From positions 177,336,166 through 177,400,165 of the forward strand of contig NC_068981.1 in the NCBI RefSeq assembly GCF_001194135.2: a DNA stretch of 64,000 nucleotides, written 5' to 3'. Of this stretch, positions 35,896 to 49,375 are shown one piece after another. Origin of the DNA: Octopus bimaculoides (Eukaryota). Each line of letters opens with the position of its first letter. Within the stretch, counting starts at the first letter, position 1. The position numbers were made by a program, and so were the translations under genes. The notes under the pieces are model-generated. The model searched no databases. It had not been told where the DNA came from and worked only from the letters and a program-made list of their open reading frames with translations.

Positions 35896-38671
35896 CTGAC
35901 AGAGGAAAGAGTTTTAAAAGAAAGATGTTTGATAGAAAGGCTCAGTGAGTTAATAATTACTAGAAAATATCTACTAGTAATGGGTAGTCATGTCTGTCAT
36001 AAAACTTCTTAAGAAAGGTGTCTGTAAACAAGTGATTGGTAAGTTAGCAATAATAGCTCTTTAAATACTACTTTTCAAATAGGCTCTCTTGTTTTCTTCT
36101 CTAATGAATATTTAGAGTAATAAAATAGAAGAGAATAAGAAGTTGAAAAAAAACTCAAGAGAGATCATTTGTTGTTAAATATAAAGGCTGAAAATGTCCC
36201 TCCCACACACATTCTAGAATAAAGTTTTCATCATATCTATGTTACTTATAATCTGGCCTACTTCTTTAGAATTGCCTAACTAAATACTGGGTCATAATGA
36301 GTTCAATTACCAATCTAATTTAGGTCAACACAATTGACAACAACAGTTGATTATTCATTAGCCAATGAAGGAGCTTTTATATTTTTACTTGAGCAGCTAA
36401 AAATAGCAACCAAGTCTTCTCAAAATCACACCCTATCATCTTGGATGATGTGATGCTAGATATGCCATATGTGGGGAAAAAAAGGAAGGATAGTCAAATC
36501 TTGAATACTTGTTTGATCACAGATGACAAGAGGCTAAACAACTGTCGATCATTTGGAAAAAAAGTTCAATTACGATCCAGTTTTTAGCTACTGGCTAGTT
36601 TTTCTTTTCTTTACTTCTTTCAATAGTTTATTCGGATGAGGGCAACATCCATGATCACTTTCAGAGTTTCTGAGACTGGATGTTGGTATTTACATGTAAT
36701 GTGAATGGATGATATCAATTGACTAAACTGTGCAATGATCCAATAATGAAGATTCCCCTATAAAAGAACCACAGAAAGGAATACATGGGGAAAAGTGATC
36801 ATAGTTAATGTTATTACTTCTTCCCATGTTTTCACAGTCTAAAATGAATTCCACATAGAAAATTATAAATAAAAATAGGTAAGGTACTATACTATACTGT
36901 AGATCTTACCAACCCAACTCATATTAGATAAAAAAAAAAACTTAATCTTTTAAAGAAAACAATAAACCTTCAAATTTAATATGCTAAAGTAAAATCTATA
37001 TTAGAAAACTAAAATACAGAATGTAAAGACAATATTTAAGATGCAATTAACACAGAAACATCCTTCATTCGTTTTACAACAAAATGCATTACAAAGTCAG
37101 TTTACCTAATACTTTTGTAACTGAAATGTTTAAAAAAATGTTTTTTAATCGTTTAATTGTTTACATATATCCCCAAAGAAGTTGAGCTGGCCAAGCAAGT
37201 AAAAACTAGTTCAAGGTAAAAAATAAATGTACGTGCACATTCTTTGAGAAACTTGTTTGTAAAGCTTTGAATTAATTGTTGTTGAAAGAAGGGTTGTTGT
37301 TTAGTACCGAGTCAATGCCTATCGACAAGCCCTATGATCAAAGACATTCCAGGTGTGGCCATCTCATCTTTTTTCATGTGTTGGGAATCCAAGAAAATAA
37401 TCATTATCCTAGATGGCTTTTATTTTCTTTAAGATGGTAATGTGTCATTTGAAGGAGATTTTGACTATTATTTCTAGGAGGCCAAACAACCACAACAACA
37501 AAAAAATCTCGTGAAAGAACGGTTGTCAACCAAAGAGAAACTGATTATTTAATCAAGTGTAAAATGGAGATTATGATTAGATATGTGTTGGTAAAATAGA
37601 ATTTTCTTAGTTCTGTGAATCTTTAGATAACATTTATTGTCACTATTTGCTTGTTTACCACGTCAATGATTTATTTAGATAGACAGCTTAGGGAATTGGT
37701 AAACATAAAAGTATAAAGAACATGACAAATGAAAAAACAATCTCTCTTTATTAACAAATCAATGGTATGACAAGGTTTTTAGCTATTTTTAAAACCTGGT
37801 TGTATCAAAGATATTTAAGAAAATTAATTTACTCTTTAAAACTGGTGATTAGATATTTATATTATAATGAGCAAATAATTTTAAATGCTGAGCAGGTCTC
37901 AAAGCTTCCTTAGTCAATGATATTTCTCTTTCTAAAAGCTAATGGTGTTGGGTTTTTGGAGGGGGTTGGGGTATATGATACCAGAAAAATGATAAAATGT
38001 TATAAATATTTTTTGAGGCTCTTCTCTATCTGAAATCAGTATTTTTAGCAATAGCCATTGAAATAAGACTATATATAAAAGGCAGCTACCACCCTAGTTC
38101 AATAATACAATGATGATATGAAAGCTTTATTTACTAAGTTGTAACAGAATTACTAACACTAATTACAACACGTAAGGGAGCCTCTATGTGGTGACTCAAC
38201 ATGTTAGAAACAGCAGCCAAATCCCCTTCAAATCATACACTTCCAGCTTAAAAAAAAAAGAGAAGTGCATAATACCTGTAATAAAAATGAGAGGTGCAGA
38301 TGGCTGGAACGTCTTTAATCATACGTCTGCCCAGTTAGGGCTGGTCTGGGGTTATACAACAACTATATGAATAACTGATGATGATTACTTTCGGGTTATA
38401 GAATTAAATTAGCCGTATCTTCCATTTCCGGGCTAGAAGAATATATAGGCTGATGATGTTTGACATAAAATAATGTGAGAAGGAGGGATCTTATGATCTG
38501 GATACATCAACAAAGTGAACTGAAGAAGAAGAAAAAAAGGGAAAACGTCATTTATTTTCAAAATTGAAAACAATAAGATTTAAAAGAAAGACAAGGAGAC
38601 CTTGAGGTAGAGAGTGCGTGTGTGGTTACGTTTTATGGGTGTGCCTAAATTTGAAAGAGAAAGAAGGAATG

Positions 38672-38705
<34 letters not shown>

Positions 38706-38728
38706 CAGATAGATAGATAGATAGATAG
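38672..38728. repeat. (GATA)n microsatellite
   Basis: Direct inspection. Confidence 0.95.
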
Positions 38729-38899
38729 ACAAACAGAAAGGGTGGTCCGCCCAGTTAACTTATTACGTCGTATTTCACGAAAAGAACATTTATATATATN
38801 NNNNNNNNNNNNNNNNNTATATATATATATATATATTTTATATATATATATGGTGGTTGTCTACTCCTTAAACAGAGTTTGACCACCTCCTGCACCTAC

Positions 38900-39403
38900 A
38901 CCTTAGCCCTTTCATATATATATATAAAACGCATTAAACTCGCCTCACATTTCCGATTATGACGTAGGAAAGTGTTGGTGTTTTTGATTTCACTACATTT
39001 TCATATGGGCCACATGTAATATATTTTTCTCTCACTTCCTTCGCTCCTTTATATCCCCCTCCAATTCTCTTTTGTCTCTCTTTCACTCTCCTCCTTTCCC
39101 CCTCTCTCTCTATTTCTCTCTTTCTCCCTCATTCAAACTCCCTCTGTGTTGAACCTTCCATTTTCTCAGTCTCTTTTCCCCTCGGGAACGACATCATCAT
39201 CATCATCATCATCATCACTCCTTTTAGAAACGATATTCATTTCTTTCTTCCACCCCACAACTCCCGACTGCGTCACTACACCTCTCTTCTCTTTCGGATT
39301 GGCTCTCTTTCTGCCCGTCCGTTTACGATAAAGAAGAAAGAAAGAAAAAAAAAGAAACGATGACATCGTGGCGTGGCTAAGTAGGAATCGGGAGAAAAGA
39401 AAT

Positions 39404-39435
<32 letters not shown>

Positions 39436-39705
39436 TGTGGAAGGGGGGGAGTCGGGGATATAGAAACCTGCAAGGAGAACGGGGAGAAAGAGAAATGGAA
39501 CCGGACAGACGAGGAAAACTAAGATGATGAAGAGAAAACTTTTGAGTGGGTGGGTGTTTTCTCCGCAACTCTGCATACCAAGCATAGCTGTGTGTCTGGT
39601 CTGGATTAGTAACAAAATAGAACCGCCAAAACCCGACAAGAAAGCTTGACACAGAAAAGGAAAACAAAATATACAGTCATGTGACAAAAAGAGCTCTTTG
39701 GTCGG

Positions 39706-39743
<38 letters not shown>

Positions 39744-39760
39744 CGCTTGCACGCGCGGTT
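38900..39760. promoter_or_regulatory. CpG-retaining promoter-like region, probably driving the minus-strand gene
   Basis: Abrupt return of CpGs, a long purine/pyrimidine-biased tract and (CAT)n. Motifs: ATTGG (CCAAT box) 39298-39302, TGACGTA 38960-38966, CTGCGTCAC 39268-39276, E-box-like GTCATGTGAC 39676-39685. A candidate minus-strand donor GAA|gtgaga lies near 39035. Confidence 0.55.
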
Positions 39761-41274
39761 TGTATAATAGTTAAAGGAAATAAATCACTTTTGTACTAAT
39801 ACGTCCTTAATCTTAAAGTAATATAAACTATGCAGCATCTTACCCTGTCATTTAGTGCTTAATTAGATAACACAATTTAAAATGCTTGTGACAATCAGGT
39901 TTTGTTTAGTGAATTTAATCACTTCACAATATGCGCGCGTGCGTTAATAATTATTCATTAGTTGAATGGAAACTTTATGAAACAGTGCGTGTATGTGTGT
40001 GCGTGTATGCGTGCGCGAGCGCGGCATTGTTAACCCAAGCTATATCTTACTAGATACATTATCCGCATAATTCCATGAATATGTGTTGTGTTGTGTGTTT
40101 CTAAATTAGCATGACTTGATACCACGTTTGATGTGGAGGATATACAGCAAGTAAGGGTCAATAACAGGTTAGAGAAGAAAACTTAAACTTCATTGACCTG
40201 TGGTGGTGTTAACCAAAGAGAAGATATTGGAGTGACCGGAGGTGAATGACAACCTTAAGGTCAGTGCAAAGGTAATAAATAGGCTCAGCTTTTCTCACCA
40301 GCTTTTTGACAAATTTGAACACGCAAACTGTCTATTTCTACCAATGTTCCACGAGCACGACAGTTTATGTATAAAATGAACAGGCTGCTGTCTAGAAAAT
40401 TTCTGCTCCCTTTTTTTAGGCCGCAAACGTTTCATTTATCTTTATTGCAAATAAAACACAGTATTTTCCACATCATTTTTTTTTTCTTTTCTTTCCATTC
40501 TTCTTATATATATACGAAATTTGAAAGTGTTTCGGTACCAAAAACACTACATAAAACATAAATGAAAAGTGGTTCCGTCAGATCCTGGTTGCATTCGCAA
40601 ATTTAGAGTGATTGACTGGTTCTTGATTTTTATCTACTCCACAACAACCCTGGTGGGATTTGAACTCAGAATGCAAAGGTCATAACTAAGCACTGCAAGG
40701 GATTTTGTCCAGCGCTCTAACGAGTGTGCCAATCCTACTCTTTTAAGATTTCACACCCGTCGAAAGGTGGTAAAAAAAAGTTACAAAATGACGAGATTCC
40801 ATTGGAACAAAAATTCATATCAAGCGATAAAACAAATAATTCGAAAACGTTTACGACATAGGACGCTAGTGACTTTTAATTTACTGCTTGTTGGACTCAT
40901 CACTGAGATGATGTATTACAACACGACAATAAAACCAAGTGAAGAAAAGAACATTTACGAAGCCGCCCTGACGAAGAAGTCATTAGCTAATGAACTCCTA
41001 GATACATTGTACGTGAAAACAATCAGACGAGATAGTCACGGCTGGAATGCTTTTAATTCCATCTTTCTCCAGTCAAGACCTTTCAAGACAGGTTACAGAA
41101 ATAATGCAGCCATCTAATCTTGTGGCTCTTTTGCCGAGTACATTTTCATCTTATGTGATGTTGAACCGAATAAGGATAATTTTTTTATAATCTTTTAATT
41201 GTGTTTGTGTGTAACAAATTCTGCTACAAGTTTGTCGAAAAATAGTGAAATAAACTATAATAATTATATATCAT

Positions 41275-41275
<1 letters not shown>

Positions 41276-41346
<71 letters not shown>
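41276..41346. repeat. (CT)n microsatellite
   Basis: Direct inspection. Confidence 0.97.
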
Positions 41347-41350
<4 letters not shown>

Positions 41351-44029
41351 CACGCACAATATTCATATTTTCTTTTTTGTCACAGTGTACACGCAATTTA
41401 TGGAATATTTTCATATTGCTCTGTAGAAATGTCTCATCTTTGGTGTGTATCAGCTAGCAAGATAATCACCACCACTCCTCTCAACATCTATGGGGGTGGG
41501 GTGTAACAACAGATTGTCCACTAGGTAGGTATGGCTTTATACTCGTCTGGAGAAGGAAATAAAACTGCATCAAACAACACATGTCTAATGTGGGAGTAGG
41601 AAACTAAACGAAGTCATTTTCATAATTTAGGTTAACTTATATATAGCAGTACACTCATAACAACGTGGTCACTTCAAACATCGTAACATTGAGTAACTGT
41701 TTGTTCTATGAACTTGATGCAACTCCTTCAGCCCATCTGATTAGTAATCCCTAAAGAATCTAAAACAAAGACAAAATTATACTTCATAACTTAAGAAACA
41801 AGCACGTATTAAGCCTCTGATAGGAATTCTATTAGGACCTCACTTCAAATGCTAGTCTTCAATATAAACATTTTCTGAGATCCTACAAAATTCTTGTGCT
41901 CGGGTACTTGTTGGTACAGTCCGTCACTCCCATAAGCAAATATATTTTTTGCTTGTGACCGAGGAAAAAAATAATGAAGCGTAGTATCGAAATATTTAAG
42001 CACACGAAATAAAGGTTCACTAGATTTTACATCGAAGGATTATTCAGTTAAGCGTTTAGTAGAAATTATGTCGATACGATCGCCAAACTTGCCAACGATT
42101 AAAATGTTTCAGTTTCACAAAAGCAGCCCTTAATTTTTTTTATCTATGTTTTCATTTGATTATTTATTTATTGCTTTTTCAGAAGGCAAACACGCAGCTC
42201 TCTACGTACCAGTCGATATCTGCAAAACTGAATGTTCTATAATGTCTAGATATGTCAATTCAAACAATTTTTTTATTTTAATTGTTTTTTTTTTTTATCA
42301 ATCCAAGTTTCCAAAATTAACTTACAGAAAAACAACTTAACACTTTGGATAATATTAAAAGAAGTCGACTAAAAAACTAAAATAAAATATTTTACTTCAA
42401 AGAATCATGACGTTTGTAAAACAACTTTGAATAGATTATAAACATGTGTTGGGGAAGAATTTACAGCGTATTAGAATAGATTTTCGTCAAACGGATAGAC
42501 TGCTTATTCACTTTCCTGACATAAGGCAAGTCGTTAACTCTACTAGTCTTTTCTCAGAGGATCGTTTTAAGAGCTTTACCTAAAGAAACAATGTTCACAC
42601 AAGCATGTACATATACTCAGATGGGATCAATCATCAGCAGAAAGACGAGTAAACAATGTAAAAGCACAATGACTGTTCATCTTTTTGCACTTGTGTATAG
42701 TTACATAGGCAAACATACATACACTCAAACACAGAAATATATTTACAAGCCCAAGGGTATTAACGATGTAATAAAAAAATCCTTATCTTCTGAAAAAGGT
42801 GCTAGTGTAGTGCAAATAACTCTTCCATGGGCAACATAATTAATGTCCAGCAACAAGACGAAGCCTAGCCCTTGACAACATATGTATGTATGTATGTGTA
42901 AATACACGCTTACCACAAAAGACAGGCTGTGAGATCTAGCATTTTGTAGATTACTATAGAAGGAGGGGAGACTTTAATTGCGTGTTCATATGTAAGGAAT
43001 TTATAGGACAAATTTTTTTTTTGATTATTGTAACTATTCTGGTTCAGCGCTCACGAAAGGAACTAGGTTTTGTCGCCATAGGAAGATGTTTTCGTGGTCA
43101 CCCTTCTAAGTAACAAGCATGATGCGAATTGCATGTGGATGACAACTATCTCCAGAGAATTTACGAGGGGGGAAAGGTAATAACATCTGTATGCCGTAAT
43201 TTTGAAAAGACAACTTTACAACTAATTATCGAATTTTTCTAAAACTGGTATTTTACTTTATAATTCACGGTAGAACAGATAAAGCGTCTATTGACAATTT
43301 GTAAACAAAACTGTAAGAAACTTTTTAAAGAATTTAAATGGAAGATAATTTAGGTGTAAGAGAAAGTATTTTTGATACTGATTTAAAGAGTGTTCGGTGT
43401 TTCAGTACTATGTACAAGTTTGGGAGGTGATGCAACATAGAATCTGCTTTGCATGTTCAAGTAGACTACATGATTAATTGAATGAAGAGATCAATGCCTC
43501 CGTTTCATGGGTATGATTAAACAACACCCTTGATACGGAAAGAACAAAGTGGTCATCATAGCGGCTACTATGTTTGTCGTGTTAACATATTTGGGCTTTT
43601 CGCAAAGAAAAACCCAAAAGGACAATATTTGTTTATCCAAACTCATATGTAGACCATACCAAATCTGTCCAACAGATGAAACAATACCCTTTCACTCCAA
43701 ATGGCGGACTGGCTTCCATAAATAATGAAATAGCTATGTAGGTGTGCAGTTGGTCTACCAACTGAATACATTACTGAAGAAAAATTTGTTACATAATTTT
43801 TGTAGTATAAATTTCCGGTAGAACTTCTTTGATGGGTTCCCAAAGTTATCGCTATAAAGTGGGTATAAAAAATGGGTTGTTAAATGTCTAAAAATACACT
43901 TGCTACTCTAGCCAACACTGTTCTGGAATGAGGAGACGAAACTCCTCGACTTTTTAGTGCTCTGCCTTTTTGTCAGCCCCTGTTGCCCCTGGAACAAGCA
44001 AACGAGATGATTTCTTTCGCTCTTGCAGC

Positions 44030-44490
44030 CGATGGTGAAGCGGCAACTAGGATTATCATCTCACGTCTTTTTGTTTCTATAACTGCCTATTTGTCCGCTT
44101 CCCTCTTTTCTCTTCTGTTTCTGTTCCTCTTCTGAGTGGAAGATCTCAAATGGCATTTTAACACGTATAAGATCTAGGCACCACCAATCTATGCAATACA
44201 ACTCCAGAATAGCCTTCTGATATTCGGAGGTTATCAGGATTTCCATGGTTATGCAAATCCTACGCGGCCATAAGTTGTTGCAAGTAATTACCGCGATCAT
44301 CATTTGTCCGTGCTGCGCCATAAACGTGATGACGTGCCAAGGGTTAACATCCATACCAATATATCAGGCTGTAGCCTTGAGTTTTGTCTCCCCGTGGATT
44401 GTATCACCAGCTTGTAGTCAGGTAGGTGATCGGCGTACCCATTTCGCCTGTTTTCTCGCCTCATCGTCAGTCTTCAAGACCAAACAAATA
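44030..44490 (-). mobile_element. Probable L1/Tx1 ORF1 fragment
   Basis: Minus frame LKTDDEARKQAKWVRR...GMDVNPWHVITFMAQHGQ...WWCLDLIRV resembles recalled mollusc Tx1 ORF1; degenerate. Confidence 0.45.
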
Positions 44491-44901
44491 CTTCCATAAC
44501 ACCCTATTTAGATTGATAGAAACAAGCATCGTATCATATATAGGCCAGAATTTCTTTTAACTGTACACGTGAGAGCATATGGAAGCTCCTTCCAATTGTC
44601 TTCTTTTTTTTTAGTCATAGATGTCACTTTCCTTTTGTTCTTTCCGCGAGGAATTCCTCGAGAAATGAGGTACTGGCATTTGTAACATACCTCCCGCGCT
44701 ATTCCCCTTCCCCCGAGAACTGAGCCACGCCTCCATCTAGTTTACAACGCTTTAAAACGTTGTGTTGCTTAGGCTTTCCAAGTTTACGCTTCGCTACTTA
44801 CGTTTGTTAAAACGTGAGTATCTGCGTTTACAAGCATGCCTGTCAATTTTCAATTTATCCCTATTTTTGAATTGACGTTTCAGTTTTAAAAAAATTTGGG
44901 G

Positions 44902-45465
44902 GGATCTTTTTTAAAACGGGGGCCACATTTTTCATTAACGAAACACTTTGAAACTTGGAACACTGGTAGAATGTGTCATATAAAACATCTTTTTCTCTTA
45001 GTCTTCTTTAAAAAAAAAAGAAATCCATAAGTTATTCCATGTTAAAGTTGTCGTATTTCTGTAATTTCAACCAATCACTGACGTCCATTCAGCCGATATA
45101 CATTAAGTGCCGACTACATAAACAAACGATTCTGAAACAATTAACCCTAACCCTAGGGTTAGGGTTAGGGTTAAAGCAAATTTAAAATGAAAAAAGCAAA
45201 TAAAACGAAGGTATGGAGATTAAATACGCTTTACATCGCTTAATCAGCCAAAGGAGTAAATGTAAACAACTGAATACCTGTCAGTGATTGGTTGAAATTA
45301 TCGAAATAAGACAATTTTTTTACATGAAATAAATTCGAATACAAAAATATTTTTCTGTTCTATAACACAAAATAGATAAGTATACGAAGTTTGAAAGTCT
45401 TTCGGTACCAAAAACACTACGTAAAACATTAATGATAAATGTGGCCCCCGTTTTAAAATAGATCC
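44902..45465. mobile_element. MITE with ~45-bp TIRs, internal inverted repeat and central telomere-motif palindrome
   Basis: GGATCTTTTTTAAAACGGGGGCCACATTTTTCATTAA versus reverse complement of CATTAATGATAAATGTGGCCCCCGTTTTAAAATAGATCC. Inner IR AATTTCAACCAATCACTGAC (about 45063-45082, 45280-45299). A fragment of the same family lies at about 40515-40570. Confidence 0.85.
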
Positions 45466-45983
45466 AAATTTTTTTAGAGTATATTCACTGCTACCATATT
45501 TATGGCTAACGCCTATTCTCGATCCTCTTGAGGAAACCATATTAAATCACGAGTAAACAGTGTTTACAAATATGAAATATAAAAAATATCCAAGGAAAAA
45601 CCGTATTTTCCACCCCAAGATAATGGGGCGGGTGCTCAAATTTCATACATCCTTTGTTAGCAGAATAAAACAAACTTCTTTTCCATTTAATTAAACGTGC
45701 TAAAGTGAAATCTTCCCCTAAGCCCGCACACCGCAAAGAACAGCAATAACAAAAATTATAATAATTCAGTTCAGGATAAAATTTCCAAAATGATATATGT
45801 AAATCTGTCAAATAATGTTCTTGGGATAAGTTAACGACTGGTTTCGGGTTGGTAGAACAGATAAGAAATAACAAGCTAACCATATTGGCAAGCATATGCT
45901 GCAAAAGGGGAATTTTATCCGCCATGTTATGAGAACATAACTATATGCATATTTTATTCCAGCACTTTCTTGACTATGTTGAT

Positions 45984-46031
<48 letters not shown>

Positions 46032-46324
46032 CATATATATAATCCAAATAAGACAACAAAAAAAGATTTTAACACATCCTTAATGATCAGTTACAATTGT
46101 TTACATACCAACTTTGTTTTCAACGTTAATTCCTAGTGAAAATTTACGTAATATTTGCAGTTTTAAACATTAGAGAGGCACTTTCTCAGACCTGCATCAA
46201 AGGTGTGCTCTTACATTATGCGTCTGCCAGACTTAGTGTTTTGCTGATATCAGGTGGAAGCAAAAAGTAAATAAAGATGAAAATGTAAATAGGCTATGAA
46301 AAATATGGAGAGGGCAAGTAAAGT

Positions 46325-46600
46325 ATCCCTAGCTGTGGAAAATCGTGTCCGACAAACGTCGACCACACCTGCTCACAGTCTAGGAAGCACTGTAGATGTC
46401 GGAGCATTAGCAGCCACGGCATGCCTAGCCCTCCATTCAGCCGGTGTTGTCGACAGCAAATAGAGCACCTGACCAGTGGAACGCGTCCCTCCCACAGAAA
46501 GCGGAAGAGTACGTGTTTCAGTTTGGTCAGACGTAAATTGAGACAAGGCACGACGGTCAGTGGAATTCGAACAACGTTAATGATGATGGTGACTAAAGGA
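46325..46600 (-). mobile_element. L1/Tx1-clade LINE ORF2 fragment (C-terminal to RT)
   Basis: RIPLTVVPCLNLRLTKLKHVLFRFLWEGRVPLVRCSICC...NGGLGMPWLL matches the L1/Tx1 F.FLW.G......GGLG.P motif. Confidence 0.85.
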
Positions 46601-48344
46601 AAGTAGCGCTGTGAGTGGTAGAGGAAGAGTGATGAACATAGGCAATAAACCACTTGGGTAAAGTGGAAGGGATGATGACGAAGCTAACCAGAACTATTAC
46701 TGGTGACCCTAGAATCTGATATGTCAACGCTTAAAGGGAAAATAGTTAATAGGCACGGTGTGGACCTAATGAGTTAAAGCAAAAACCTAAAATAATGGAA
46801 GAAACTAAAGTGTGGTATAAACTATTTAATATGTTAGTGTTGAGCGAACACAGAGCTGATAATGACATAGAGTAAATTAAAATAACCCTAGGAACACTAA
46901 TATAGAGCTAAGGGAGAACAGTAGAAATTAGGAGTAAAGTATTAAAAGTAAAGAGTAATTACTTAATACTTGGCTAGTTATAAAGATATTAAAAATCACT
47001 GTAAAGAGAACGGTAGGAATAAGGAATGGTAAGTAGAGAGTCAACTTTTAATACGTAGCTATATATAGGAATAGATGCTAGAAATTCCTGAATTGGAGAA
47101 GTACAGATACGGTAGGATATGGCGAAAGGAGTGAAACTGTTGGATCTAGTCAAATTGATTCGCAAAATATGCATTTTATAAAAGGAAGTAAAAGATCTGA
47201 AAATCGGCTACAATAATGTAGTTTTCCAGTCTTATAGCTATGAAGGTATGATGTTGTGGAGAGAAAAAAATTGAAGGAAAAAGTTACAGAGGTTTAAAAA
47301 TCGAAAAAAAATTGTATTTTTAGCCAATAGCGAGACAGAAATTTTCTGCGTCTAGCGGAGCGGTATCAAGTTTAAGGTTGTACCCTGTGAATGTGAAATT
47401 TATAGTTTAGCGTCTGTGAAATGACCTGTTCATTGTAGGTTTCTAAATAAACAAATACCTAACAAAATCAACATGTATCATCTTACTGTTTCTTTTGTCT
47501 CTTCATTGATAGTATGGCTTTTCTTTTAAATTTGTTATATTAATATATTTGTCTGCATGTGTTTACTTTATTCGTATTTCAGTATTATGTATACCTGTCA
47601 TGTACTTGTGTAATCATTAATATATAAGTGCGCACGTGCGTATGTGTGAAGGGGGCGTCTGTCTCCAAAACTTCAAAGTTGAGTAACGTTTCCATGCTTG
47701 GATTTGTAAACTACGATAAGAATAACACTGGTCAACAAAGAATTTGTCCCAAGAAAAAGAATACCTGTACCTCATATGTTTTTTGTACGCAGAATTCAAA
47801 AATAGTGCCAAATTATCTGTATCACCCACAGTTTTTCTGTTCCGCAATATCCCTCTAAGTTCCTGTTACGTGGACTAAATTTCAGTTAAGCTGTTGAAAT
47901 GTGAAGCTAACAGTTTAAGGAATACTCCTAATTTAAATGTTTATGAATAGAACTAACCTAATAAAATCCAGCTATCTGAGTCAATGAGTCCCTGAAGCTT
48001 GGCAATACTGAGTCGATAAGTTACTGATGCTTTGTCAGTATTGTGTTAAGTTCACATATTCCATTCACTTTCATAATGCCAAGAAACTGTATAAACATCG
48101 CAAACAACTTTTGCTATAGATGAAAAATATGTAAAATATTAAGACAATTGACGAAAAATATCTATAATAAAATTCTAATTGATAAGTATAATTTTTTATT
48201 AAAACAAAATACGCAGGTGAAGTAAATGTACAGTAAGTATTAATATTTTAGATTTCTTTAAAGAGGCAATATTTTAATTTTTTTTAAATTATTTTCAAGT
48301 GAATACCAGTATAAAATTTGGGGGGGAGCATATTTAAAAAATAT

Positions 48345-48692
48345 TATTTTAAGTGAAAATGACTTTAAAAATGCGGTTAATGTTTCGTAAAAAACCCGTT
48401 CGTAACCTCCGACCATGGGTTACCGAGATACGCGGTTTTTCGGGTACCTTTATAAATAACCAAATCGGCGTATAATGAGGAAAATGCTTAGAAAGTAAGG
48501 TACTATTGAAATGTGAATACAGACGGAATAACAGAAGTTTCGCGTAAATCGGACCACGGATTTCCGAGATACGCGGTTTTTTTCGGATCACCAATAGTTC
48601 ACTATTGGTGATCCTGCCTAGCCTTAATGTTTGTTGTCCCCTTTACCAATTATAGACAGACAGACAGACAGATTTTAAACACATCTTTTTTA
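48345..48692 (+). mobile_element. Non-autonomous Helitron-like repeat (internal repeated modules, 3' hairpin, GACA microsatellite)
   Basis: Repeated CCGAGATACGCGGTTTT modules, the motif AAGTTTC..GTAAATCGGACCA, a 13-bp hairpin at 48585-48614, (GACA)n, and an end in TTTATAGAT. A related copy lies at 51745-52065. Superfamily is inferred. Confidence 0.4.
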
Positions 48693-48864
48693 TAGATTTA
48701 TAAAAATTAAAGTTTCGCTGGTGATTGGCTTCGTCAGACGAAACCAACCAATTTCTTCCTAGTAAAAGTAAATTTAATGCTCTACTTAAGAATACCGTAC
48801 AATGTTTCTTTTAGCTGATGTTTGTTTTATGATTTTACATAAAACACAAACACCTATACATACA

Positions 48865-48895
<31 letters not shown>

Positions 48896-49324
48896 TTTCA
48901 TGTATACATTAATTGGTTGTACAGCTGTATGGCAAAGGAGAAACTCGTCTCACTACGAATCACCATTTTGTTTCATTAATGAAATGAAAGGAATAAAATA
49001 TATTCTCTTCGTATATTTATTAATAGAACTTTCTTTTAATTTTACTTTTATTCGCGCGCGCGCGTGAGTGCGCGCGCTCTTGTAGAATAATCCAGATTTC
49101 AGTAAACTTGATGTTGCTTTTGAAAAAAGTACAAACATTATACAGTATAAACATAAATTAACCCCCTTTTTTTGCCAAAGTAGTGTTATATAATATATTT
49201 TCTTGTTACCATAAAGCTGAAACGCTTCGATTACATTTCGCAAAGTGGTCCCTACTTTGGAATCAAGGGAATTCAACGAGAGTGAGAATCAGCTCATTTA
49301 TATAAATGCGTATTGATGAAGCGT

Positions 49325-49375
49325 CGTATTTGATGGACTACATTTTTATGCGTATTTGATGGACTACATTTTTAT
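49325..49375. repeat. 26-bp tandem duplication with degenerate flanking copies
   Basis: CGTATTTGATGGACTACATTTTTAT(G) occurs twice. Confidence 0.9.

Noticed and set aside
39146-39687. ORFs across the promoter-like region (Phe/Ser-rich, poly-Asp)
   Set aside because: Low-complexity translations of CT/GA tracts and (CAT)n.
45141-45174. Chromosome end-fusion scar
   Set aside because: Only a few units, in CCCTAA-then-TTAGGG order (opposite to a fusion), embedded in a TIR element.
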